This document shows, in pieces, positions 53,072-63,748 of a stretch of DNA of 64,000 nt (the stretch's first letter is position 1; each line of letters starts with the position of its first letter). Position numbers and translations under genes: made by a program. The DNA is from an uncultured virus (IMG/VR IMGVR_UViG_2061766007_000803). Its lineage: Duplodnaviria; Heunggongvirae; Uroviricota; Caudoviricetes. The stretch is taken from IMG/VR virus record IMGVR_UViG_2061766007_000803; one strand, given 5' to 3'. The notes under the pieces were generated by a model, which was not told the origin of the DNA, searched no databases, and worked only from the letters and a program-made list of their open reading frames with translations.

Positions 53072-53393
53072 GAGTGTAGCTCCTTTCAAATTCAGCTTAT
53101 TAGTCCAGCTCCCAGCTCCAGCTCCTATATATACATATATACCAGGGCATGGGCATACGCACGCACGTGCACGCGGGCGCGGGTGGGCGCGCCTGTCCGA
53201 GAAACCGCTTTGTAACAATTTCGTAACATTCTTCCCACCTCCTACCCAAATTATACATCAGACCGCCCCAGTTAGTCACGACTAATGCTTAGGTGCTGAC
53301 CACCTAAACCATAGGAAAATCAAGGCTTCCAGGGTTTTTCCCTTTGATAAAACCTATTACAAAAGTGTTAAATGATGTATAATCTGGTCATTC

Positions 53394-53508
53394 TGTGGAA
53401 AACTCGGCTGAGCCTGTGGAAAACTTGTGGAAAACTTCCTGTGGATAATTTTGCCTGTGGAAAACGTTTTCCACATTTTATCCACAGGAGCAAGGCAAGT
53501 TATCCACA
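53394..53508. promoter_or_regulatory. Cluster of 8 DnaA boxes
   Basis: TTWTNCACA matches at 53394,53415,53426,53440,53456 (reverse) and 53467,53478,53500 (forward); three are perfect TTATCCACA. Confidence 0.85.
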
Positions 53509-53655
53509 GAAATGGAAATGTTACGAAATTCTAAACAATTTGTTACAGAATTATTAAATCGTCAGAATTAGGTGGAAAAAGACGGTTTTTTCCTATATAA
53601 TGAAACCATGAAAAGCCCACCGGCTAAGGGCAAAACCGGAGAAAGGTTTTCCAAT

Positions 53656-54453
53656 ATGGGTAAAATGATTAACGAATCCGCTGTCCTGTCCTTTGTAAAT
53701 GACTATCGGAAACAGATTGCAACGGCGAAGAAAAACGGCAGTCCCTACAATGAACGGTTGTCACTGTTCCGGCATATCTTCTTTTCCTATTTCCGTCTGT
53801 CCGATACCGTACCGGCTGAAATGGTTGAAACGTTCAACGCTTTTGCGGAAAAATTCTATGATAAAACCGCTCTTGGTTATGACGGAATCATTGCCGAAAT
53901 CAAAGATCGTACAGAGTTATATGCTATGATTGACGGTTATGTTGCAATCCGTGAATTTTTGAAAAAACCGGAAGGAAAAACGGATATTTATGACAAGGAA
54001 AACCGCACTTGTTATGAGAAAAAAACCGGTTGCGGTGATTGGTTGCGCTCGGAACGTTCAACAACTTTGGAAGAAGTAATAGAAGAATACAAGCGCAAAA
54101 GAACGCTTATTCGATGGGATTATGAATACACGGCAAAACCGGACGGCATGACAGGAAAGAAAAGTGTGAAGAACGGAGAACCGGAACAGGAACGGACGAA
54201 AAAAAACCCGTCAAAAGAATATTCAATCAGTATTCACATTGAAACAACCTACCGCAAACTGTTTGAATATATGGAAACATACCCGACCGGAATCAAAACA
54301 TTTTTCAAAGAATCAAGCCGTTCGGGAGTCGCTGGGGTTTATCATTGGGAACTGCAAACGATAAAGAACAGCAAGAAAAAAATAGCTTTCCTGCAGGGTT
54401 TCAATGCATGGGCAAACGGAGAAGAAACCGAAGAAGAAACCGAAGAAGAATAA
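53656..54453 (+). CDS. Hypothetical protein, possible PD-(D/E)xK-like fold
   Basis: GAAAGG RBS; KTDIY...CYEKKTG; strong terminator 54465-54497. Confidence 0.65.
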   Translation: MGKMINESAVLSFVNDYRKQIATAKKNGSPYNERLSLFRHIFFSYFRLSDTVPAEMVETFNAFAEKFYDKTALGYDGIIAEIKDRTELYAMIDGYVAIREFLKKPEGKTDIYDKENRTCYEKKTGCGDWLRSERSTTLEEVIEEYKRKRTLIRWDYEYTAKPDGMTGKKSVKNGEPEQERTKKNPSKEYSISIHIETTYRKLFEYMETYPTGIKTFFKESSRSGVAGVYHWELQTIKNSKKKIAFLQGFNAWANGEETEEETEEE

Positions 54454-54464
54454 ACCGAAACAGG

Positions 54465-54497
54465 AAAACCGGAAGGGTAAAACCTTCCGGTTTTCTT
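54465..54497 (+). terminator. Rho-independent terminator
   Basis: AAAACCGGAAGG-GTAAAA-CCTTCCGGTTTT-CTTT. Confidence 0.8.
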
Positions 54498-54642
54498 TAT
54501 GGGGGGATACTTTCGTGATTTAGCGTGCTAAAGTGCCGCCGCCTTCGGCGGACCTCCCCNNNNNNNNNNNNNNNNNNNNNNNNNNNNNNNNNNNNNNNNN
54601 NNNNNNNNNNNNNNNNNNNNNNNNNNNNNNNNNNNNGTTGCT

Positions 54643-55944
54643 TTGAAAAAAAAGTATTCACTAGATTTTTCAATTTAGCGCGATTCGGAGCGCCTTCGCG
54701 CTGTTCAAGATATTTTGGATAAATTAGATGTAGACCCCAGTCCAACCGAACTTGAATAGATGGCCTCCTATATCCTTTATGGTAAGGATGAAAATGGGCA
54801 AAATTCCATTCAACGAAACGAAACAATAGATAAAGATAAGAGATATAAGAGTTATAAGACAAAAGATGATAAGGTTCAGTCGCTAGATGAAATTATGGAG
54901 GCACCAGGTTTTGATGAGTAGCAATTGCGCTCAGCCTATAAACGCGATGCCTACACTGTGCCAAAGCCATTTATCGCCAAACCCAAATATGATAAGAAGA
55001 CGGGGGAGATGATTGAGGCTGGAGATAGCGACGTACCCGGTATGGTGGAACAATGGGAAATTATTGAGAGATGGCAACGCATGCTTGATGTCGCACAAGG
55101 AAAAGTTGCACCTAATGAGAATGATACGTTGGTATCGGACCCATATCGCGTATACCAACTAAAACATAATTTGATTGATATTCGTAAGCATCAATACTAC
55201 CTAAAAGATTCATATAAGCCAACATTGCATTTCCAAAATTTGGACCACCCAAAGCCGCAATTCTACGATTGGTCTGCGGATGCCTTCTATTGGATTACAC
55301 CAGAACAATGGTAGAAAAAGCTTGACAATGCATACTCATCGCGGGTTTCCAAGAACCTCGCTGACTATGAGACAAGAGGGGAGGGGGATAATTTAGAGAT
55401 TAAATGGATGGTATGTGAGCATACCTTTGATTGGGAGAACCCTAAACATGTTCGTGCATTACTCAATCATTATTGTACGTTAAGTGAAGCTATGCGCGAT
55501 AAGCTGGATACATATGGGTGTACCCTACTATGGGACTTTGACCGCTATCTCAAATTATGCGATTTTTCTGAATTGCGCCTTTTCCTAGTTAGTTTAAGAT
55601 AGTAGGGAATGGCATATGAAGATATTCTTGATGAAATGCGCGCGAAGTACGCTATGGAATATTCGCCCAATTATCTTGTGTCGGTTGTAAGCACAGAAGT
55701 TCCCAATAAGATTGCAAAAGTTGCACGTATGCTTCGATTAGAGTGTGAAACACCGCAAGAAGAACGCAAAGAATGTATTCACTGCGGCCGCAAGCTACCT
55801 GCAGACCCGCTATTCTTTAGCCGCAATAATTCCCACAAAGATGGTCTATCGAATACGTGTAAAGAGTGTGATAGAGCATCGCGCATTAAAAGAGGGGTGA
55901 TTAGTGGTGGAGACCTCAGAAAGAAAGACCCGACGCTGCATTAA
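54643..55944 (+). CDS. Conserved phage protein with C-terminal HTH-like region and CxxC..CxxC zinc finger (6 TAG)
   Basis: TTG start, E*MASYILYGKD; ORF fragments 54925, 55408, 55609 are in one frame separated only by TAG. Confidence 0.75.
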
Positions 55945-56854
55945 GTGTAAGCGTGAGCAACCTGTTGAATTCTTCCAACCAACACCTTCCAAATTTTTCC
56001 CTAATGGAGTGTGTTATATTTGTACACCATGTCTTGAAGCTATGACACCGCAAGACAATTTAGGTGAAGTTGACCGTTTAATGCGCTGGCTTGACTTGCC
56101 ATTTGACCTCAATAAGTGGACATAGTTATATGCATAGCATAAAGACCATACACTTACAGCCTACTTCAATTTGTTATATGATGACCATTATGAGCCTCTA
56201 AGATGGGCAGATGAAAATGAAAGATGGAGAATGGCGCGAGAAGAGGGTACAATTGATGAGGAAATTAAAGCACTTGGTGACGCAAAATTAAAACATTTAC
56301 GTAAAACTTGGTCTGCGGCTTATAAGCCAGAATAGCTTTTATGGCTAGATAATTTCTATAATTAGATTGTTGCAACTCAGAATGTATCAACACCTATTCT
56401 TTAGGAAGCCGCGCGTGACTTTTGTGAAATAGAGTTACATATTAAAGAAGGGATGCGTAAGGGCGATGATGTTTCGAAGCTAATGAAGCAGAGAGATGAT
56501 ATGATTAAGGTTTATCATTTTGAAGCATCTAATGCTAAAAGTGCGGCCGACTTTGAATCCGTTGGCGAACTTATGGTTTATTATGGAAAGAAAGGATGGC
56601 ATCCAAATTGGCATACTGAACCGCAAGATTCCATTGATTTTATGATGGAAAATATTCAGAATTACTTGAAGCGTTTGGTTATTAATGAAGGTAATTTTGC
56701 AGAACAAGTAGAAGATATGCGCGAACGCTATAATATGACAGAACGACTCGAAGAAGTTGAGAATGAGAAGGTTGACTTTGACGAGACTGCCGATATTGAT
56801 TATGAAGGCGATGCTGACCTTGCCGCCGAATTAGGAGGGGGTACAGATGAGTGA
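55904..56854 (+). CDS. Zinc-finger protein upstream of terminase (terminase small subunit candidate)
   Basis: CIKC..CTPC; fragments 55904 and 56453 in frame via TAGs. Confidence 0.65.
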
Positions 56855-58625
56855 TTTTGGTGAAATAGTTATGCGTGATGGTATACCTATTGAGAAAGGT
56901 GTAGTTCTTACACGACAGTATCTTGATGATAATTAGGAACTATTTACAAAATACTTAAATTATTGGATTAAATATCCAGACCTTTTCCTTGATGCAATTC
57001 AAGACTCATAGGATGCAGTAAACTTTCATTTATTGCCCTTTCAGCGCATTGCGCTTAGAGCAGGTATGCGTTATAGATATCATTTTTGGACCGCAACGCG
57101 TGCTACATCTAAATCATTTACAGCATATTTAAATGCGCTTGTGCGGGCGGTCTTGCTACCAAATTCAACCATTATGATTGTTTCTGATACAAAAGGTACG
57201 GTTATTAAGATTGCTGAAGCTAAGTTTGAAGAAATATTTAGACATTGGCCGCTTCTTCGTAAAGAATTAGCAACCCGTGTTGAAGATGGCAGAACAGGTG
57301 TTAAATCCAGTAATAACTATTATGAGATTTTCTTAAAAAATGGTAGCTTAATTAGTGTTATTTCTAAAGATACGTCTCGTGGTCTTCGTGCAACAGGTGC
57401 AGTACTAGAAGAGTGTGCTTTACTTGAAGAAAAACCATTTAACGAAGTTATTGTTCCTTAGATGAATATTCCTCGTAAAGAAGTTGATGGTACTGTAAAT
57501 CCAGATGAACCTGCGGCTGCCNNNNNNNNNNNNNNNNNNNNNGAACGTACTGTATTTATGTATTCTAAACTTATTGAGATTACAAAAAATGCGGTATTGC
57601 GGCCGAAAGAATATTTTTCATGGGGATTATCTTATGAAGTACCATTGCATTATGGACTTTTAAGTAAATAGGCATTAATGGACCAGCGCTATTCTAACAC
57701 AGTTAGTGAAGACTCATTCGCGCGTGAATCTCTTTCAATATGGAGCGGTAATAGTGATGATGCATGGTTAGATTCACGCAGACTAAATAAGCATCGTTCT
57801 TTATTAAAATGTGAAAGAAAAGCAATGGATTTACCTGATGGCGGATTTTATTTAATTGGATGTGACGTTGGTAGATATAATGCAAATACAGCTATTATGG
57901 TTGTAAAAGTATTACCTGGTGCGCAGCGTTTTAAGAAAAATATAGTTTATACTGAAGTAATTAATGGCGCAAACTTTATTACAGAACAAGCGCCACGTCT
58001 TAAAAAATTAATCTCTTTATATAACCCACGAGAGATTATTATTGACGGTAACGGTCCTGGTATTGGTTTAATGGATGCTATGGTACTTCCTTCGTTTGAT
58101 AGACATACAGGTGAATAGTTCCCCGCATATTTTACTTTCAACGATGAAAACCATTTACCTCCACAATTACATGAAGAAGAGGAGGAACCTGTACCAAAGC
58201 ATAATGCAATTATTTATGATGTTAAGGCATCTGCCTCTAACGAAGATGAAATTCATGCGGCTTTCCTAGCTTCAATTAATAATGGCTCTACTTCATTTTT
58301 AGCACATGAGCGTGTAGTAAAAGAGAAATTATTAAAGACAAAGAAAGGTCAAAAAATGAATTCTTATGATAGACGAGTTTTCTTAATGCCATATGAAATG
58401 ACATCTCGTTTAATGGATGAACTTAATAATTTGCGCTTAAAACCTACCGGGGTAGAGAATAAGTATAAAGTTGAGCGTATATCCCGGTCTATTGAGAAAG
58501 ACCGTTTTAGTGCGCTTGAGTATGCACTTTATCGCATTAAATACTATGAAGATAAAGAAATTTTTAGAAAAAGAAAAAAGAATCTTGGTTAGTTTGGTTT
58601 CTTTACTCCTAATAATAGGAGGTGA
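56847..58625 (+). CDS. terL: Terminase large subunit (6 in-frame TAG)
   Basis: Walker A-like ATRATSKS, RGLRA, Walker B VLEEC, nuclease IGCDVGR, IDGNGPG, KDRFSA; TAG at 56934,57009,57459,57669,58116,58590. Confidence 0.92.
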
Positions 58626-58630
58626 TTTTT

Positions 58631-60169
58631 GTGGGTTAGGANNNNNNNNNNNNNNNNNNNNNNNNNNNNNNNNATGTTCCAATGGATTCCCGTGAACGCA
58701 CCTCTCGCTGGGGCGGTTACAGACATGGCGGCGTACGTAGAGATTTCACGATAGAAGAAATTGAAGAAATAATCCGTTCTGGCGAGATTTCTGCTATTCG
58801 TGAATTATCTCGTTATTATTATAGAACAAACGGACGTTATAGAAATAATATTGACTTTCTCGCAAGTTTGCCCTTATATGATACACTTGTTACACCGCTT
58901 TATGAGACTGGTAAAGGCTCAAAGGCGCAGATAATTAAAGCTTTTTATAATGCTTGCTCTTTTGTAGAAGCTTTAGATGTTAAGAATACTTTAACCCGTA
59001 TTACTCGTGAATGGTTAAAGACGGGGGTATATTATGGTATTTTACAGGAGTACGGTAATAAAGTAGTTGTATAGGATTTACCGGTACAGTACTGTCGTAC
59101 ACGTTATAAGGACTTTAACAACTTACATATACTTGAATTTAATGTAGAATATTTCATTAATACTTATACGGATGAAGCAATCCGCGAAGCAGCAGTATTA
59201 AATTATCCAGAAGTTGTACAAAGAGCTTGGCGCGCATGGAGAAGCGATAGTTCCAAAAAGGTTAACCCTTGGGTTATGATTCCTGCAAGTATGGGCGGGG
59301 TTACTTTCTGTTTTGCAGAAGACTAGACTCCACTTCTTATTGCGGCGATACCTGAATTAGCCAAAATGAAAGACGCAGTTGGACGTGAAGAAAAACGTGA
59401 TGAAAATGAATTATATAAATTATTAATTCATAAGATGCCAGTAGATAGCAATGGTCATTTAGTATTTGAACTTGATGAAATTGAGCAATTACATGCTGGT
59501 ATTGCGAGTATGCTACAAGATTTGGATACTGTTGATGTATTAACTACTGTAGGTGATGCTACATTAGAGAATTTACAAGATTCTTCCGCGGCATCGCAAG
59601 CTAATAATAGAATTGAAAAATATAGCGATAATGCATGGGATGCTTTAGGTAGCAGTAAATTATTTTTCAATGCTGATAATAGTTCTTCTTTAGCATATGT
59701 TATTAAACGTTTAACAAGCATTATGCGTACATATTTAAATATGTATGATACTTGGATTCGTTTTCTAATAAATAGCCGTTTTAGTCGCACTGGTTTAACA
59801 TTTGATTTTGAAATTTTACCTACAACTGAATTTAATTTGAAAGATTACGTTGGGTTCTGTCTACAATAGGCGCAATTTGGTTATCCTCGTATGCGCGCGG
59901 GTGTAGCAATGGGTGTAAAACAACGTAATTTAGTAAGCGCACTTGATTTTGAAAATGAATTCTTAAATCTAGATGAAAATATGGTGCCATTAATGTCATC
60001 TTATACACAATCTGGTAATGAAAATTCTAACAAAAAAACTTCAACTTCAGAAAAAAATAGTAGTAGTTCAGTGTAGATAAAAGACATAACTAATAAGGGC
60101 GGAAGACCAGCGTTAGCTGATGAAGACCGTTCTCAGAAAACATAGGCAAACATTGACGCTATGGGTTAA
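58631..60169 (+). CDS. Portal protein (6 in-frame TAG)
   Basis: ~510 aa directly after terL, before protease; C-terminal GGRP; single frame via TAG. Confidence 0.78.
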
Positions 60170-60181
60170 GGAGGAAAAATT

Positions 60182-61487
60182 ATGAAAAGGAATATTCCAA
60201 TTTATTTTGATAATGCCGTCATAATGTCACCTGCTGAACCCATCGGCAATGGGTCCTCAGGTCTTAATAGATTAAGAGTTGGCGTATTTACTAAATATAG
60301 TAACCGCAATGGTTCTTATATTACTGATGCAGTTGCCAATATGATGATTGATGGGACAATGAGCCGCCCAACTCCAGTAGTTGGATTCTTTGACCCAGAA
60401 TCAAAAACATGGGCAAGTCATACCGGACCAGACCTTGCAAATGCATATGGTTATGTAGAAGGTTTCGAAGGATGGAAGCCATTCGTAGATACCGATGGCG
60501 TTGAGCGCGAATACGCTGTTTTCTCTGTGGCTTTATTTACAAATTATTTTAATGAAGCCAATTTTGTAGTTGGACAAAATCAATCAATGGAACTTGATAT
60601 TCACTCAATTGAAGGTAATTGGGCGAATATCGGTGACAAAGAATATTTTGTCTATACCAAAGCCGAAATCATGGGATTGTGTATCATTGGAGACCACGAA
60701 CCATGTTTCTCAGTATCTTCATTCTTTAGTAAGAATGATGATGCATATAAATCTCAATATGATAAGTTCTCTTCTCTATTGGCTGATTTGAAAGCTAAAG
60801 TGGAAGAGGCAGAAAATCAACCAATCGAAGGAGGGGAACATCAAATGGAAAATGAAATGAATCCCGANNNNNNNNNNTGAAGCTCCGGCTGAAGAACCTG
60901 TAAACCAGGAGCCAGAAGCTCCAGTTGCAGATGAGCCTGCCGCTGAAGAACCAGCTGCAGAACCAGAACAGGAACCGGCTGCAGAAGAACCTGCAGAGGA
61001 ACCTGCGGCTGAAGAGCCTGCTGCTGAGCCTGAAGGTGAAAAGGGTGAAGAACCCGCAGCGGAAGAACCTGCTGCAGATTTTGAAGCACAGATTACTGAA
61101 CTTCAGAATCAATTAAATGAAATGACTACTAACTACGAAAATGCTCAAACTCGTATCGCAGAACTCGAAGCCCAGATAACATCCGCGTCTGAGACTGAGA
61201 CCAATCTACGTAATGAGATTGCTACTTATGAAGCCGAGCGTGCTCGTTTAGAGGTAGAAAAGAAAAATGCTTTAATTGAACGTTATGAGAATAATCTAAA
61301 TGATGACGAACTTGAAGATGTACGTAATCATGTAGCTGAATATTCTTATAATGAAATTGAAAGCAAGTTAGCAATTACATTTGCTAATAAACAAATGGCT
61401 GGCAGTGCTGACAACAAAGTAGTTCCACTACCAGAACCTGTTGTTGACGACTTCGCGGAATTTATGAAGAATTACCGCAAGAATTAA
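60182..61487 (+). CDS. Prohead protease/scaffold protein with EEPAA repeat linker
   Basis: NRNGS, QSMEL, GLCIIG..EPCF motifs, then Glu/Pro/Ala repeats and coiled coil; frame broken only by N gap. Confidence 0.75.
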
Positions 61488-61500
61488 GGAGGAATAAATC

Positions 61501-62102
61501 ATGGGTAATTATGTAAGATTTCCGATTACCAATGTTGAAGGCGATTTAGTTGCTCAGTATCGCAATCCTAGAGAAAAGCTATATGCCAGCCTCGAACTAA
61601 ACCAAGTAGCATTCCCAAAGACNNNNNNNNNNNNNNNNNNNNNNNNNNNNNNNNNNNNNNNNNNNNNNNNNNNNNNNNNNNNNNNNNNNNNNNNNNNNNN
61701 NNNNNNNNNNNNNNNNNTGGTATCGTATATACCACAGAAAAAGAATATGATATGATGCATTATGGTCTACAGCGCTTTGGCCGCAAGATTGCTGGGGATT
61801 ATCCTCGTGTTGGTCTATTTGGCATTGGCGATACTGTAACCACCAACTGCTTACAGTATAGTAAGACTAATTTCGCTACTGAAGCGGCTTTACTAGAAGC
61901 ATTAAAGAAGGACTTATCCGTTGCTGATAACGCCCTATATGTTGTTCCTGGTGTAAACTCTGACTTAGCTGATGATTCTGCTAAGGCTGTTCCAGAAATT
62001 GTTAAGGCTGCTCCTCAATCCGGCATTTATGGCCGTATTACTAAGTTCTACACGATTCCTAACGGCGGTATCGGCGTTAAGTATCAGATTATTAAACTAT
62101 AA
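61501..62102 (+). CDS. Capsid decoration/minor head protein
   Basis: LELNQVAF..GDTVTTNC; between scaffold and major capsid; N gap. Confidence 0.6.
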
Positions 62103-62116
62103 TGGAGGTGCGACTT

Positions 62117-63225
62117 ATGGATAGACTACATATGTTAATGAACGGTGTATTTGGTCGCGCCNNNNNNNNNNNNNNNNNNNNNNNNNNNNNNNNNNAAATT
62201 ATGATTATGAAGCCGCTCTCCGTGATGAATTAGCAAAGCTAATGACCAAGGATGGCGTACACTTCAATCGTCACGTCTTCAATCGTAACAAGGAAGACGT
62301 ATTTGAACTCCTAGAAGAAAATCTACAGGAAATGCTTCCACAGAACATTAAGAGTGCTCTCGATATGTTCGTAGAAGTAAAGCATTATGCTCAGGGCCAG
62401 CGCCCAGAGTTCCGCGTTGTTCGCGGCAAGATTCGTGGCAAGCAGTTTGTAACTCGTGCTACCGAATCTGGTAACTATGAGACCTTCCGTCTAGACCGTG
62501 ATCGCTTTGATTTATACATCCAGGCAATCGGCGGCGCTGGATATGTTGACTTCGAACGTTATCTTGATGGTCTTGAAAACATGACCGATATCTATGAAGT
62601 AATCCAGGAAGGTATTGTTGACCGTCTATTCGAAATGGTACAGGAATGCTTACTAGCTTCTTGGAACGCTGCTGGCCGTCCAGTACGTAACAAGGTAGCT
62701 GCTAATACCTTCAATCCTGCTGCTATGAAGAAACTTTGCAACACCGTTGCTCCTTATGGCTCCCCAATTATCTATTGCACTCCTGAGTTCGCCGCAGAAA
62801 TGGTAAATGCTATTATTTATAATGCAACCACCAAGATTTCTGATGTTGACATGCAGGAAGTTCGCGACCGTGGATACATTGGTAAGTTCCAGGGTGTACC
62901 AGTTGTTGTTATGCCTCAGTCCTTCACTGATGAGAAGAACGAGAAACTAATGTTCAACCCATCTTTCGCTTATGTCCTACCAGCTGGCAAGGAAAAGATT
63001 ATTAAGATGGCATTTGAAGGTTCTCCTTACTTCCGTGAGTGGGATGACCACGAAGGCGACAACCAGTTCACTCTACAGGGCTATGTAAAGGTTGGTGTTG
63101 GCCTATTTACTACTCCTAACTACTGGGGCATCTATTACAATAGTGCTCTAGACGATGGTTCTGGTTGGGAAACCTATAATCAGGCTCTAGTTCCTACTTT
63201 TGATGACGGTACCGCTAATTCCTAA
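62117..63225 (+). CDS. Major capsid protein
   Basis: ~370 aa, strongly biased codons, position after scaffold/decoration, GYIGKFQGVPVV; no TAG. Confidence 0.8.
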
Positions 63226-63304
63226 TAGATGATATAAAGTTGGGAGGGAGAGATTCTCTCTCCCTCCCGGTTCTTTTTTTGGAGATAAAAGGAGGATTTA
63301 AATT

Positions 63305-63742
63305 ATGATTAGAATTAAAAACGTAAGTACTTCGCTCGTATCTTTATATGTGCCAAGTATTAGATTAAATCGTGAATTGACGCCAGGGCGCGCAATTCCA
63401 GTATCCCAGGAAGAATATGAAGAACTAACTTTCGATCCTGGTTTTATGGCTCTTGTTAATGGACATTATGTTGTAATTGAGGGCATTGAAGAAGAACGCC
63501 AGGTAACAGAAGTTGGCCCTGTATTTGAAGCAAGCAAAATTGAAAAGATGCTTCTTGAAAATGATGTAGCTGCTTTTATTAAGTTTATTCCAAATGCAAC
63601 TGAAGCAGAAAAGGAAAGCGCAGTTACATTAGCAGTCGAGCATAAGATTACCAATTCTGGTATCGTAGCTTTAATTAAGAAATACTGCGACGTTGATGTT
63701 ATACAGGCTATTGCAGCTAAGCACGACGCAGAAGAGAAGTGA
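63305..63742 (+). CDS. Hypothetical virion-assembly protein
   Basis: AGGAGG RBS, follows capsid terminator. Confidence 0.65.
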   Translation: MIRIKNVSTSLVSLYVPSIRLNRELTPGRAIPVSQEEYEELTFDPGFMALVNGHYVVIEGIEEERQVTEVGPVFEASKIEKMLLENDVAAFIKFIPNATEAEKESAVTLAVEHKITNSGIVALIKKYCDVDVIQAIAAKHDAEEK

Positions 63743-63748
63743 TGAAAA

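Larger units (their letters stand above)
26247..53308. repeat. 44 dispersed copies of palindrome (C)TTAGGTG-N5-CACCTAA(G) delimiting gene cassettes
   Basis: 21-bp sites starting at 26247,26988,27849,28345,29210,30209,30811,31320,31978,33195,34096,35834,36960,37520,37961,38636,39995,40749,41486,42243,42912,43528,44449,45457,45899,46537,47006,47362,47671,48018,48436,48927,49290,49666,49874,50185,50456,50885,51371,51695,51993,52285,52660,53288; 7-bp arms invariant. Confidence 0.97.

Noticed and set aside
26247..53308. Palindromic repeats as a CRISPR array
   Set aside because: Intervals are 200-1700 bp and contain whole genes, the repeat core varies, and no cas genes are visible
26247..53308. 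Palindromes as rho-independent terminators
   Set aside because: No U-tract follows them, separate GC hairpin terminators sit beside them, and arm sequence rather than only pairing is invariant
54643..60169. Fragmented terminase/portal as pseudogenes of a decayed prophage
   Set aside because: All breaks are in-frame TAG with no frameshifts or TAA/TGA, consistent with recoding
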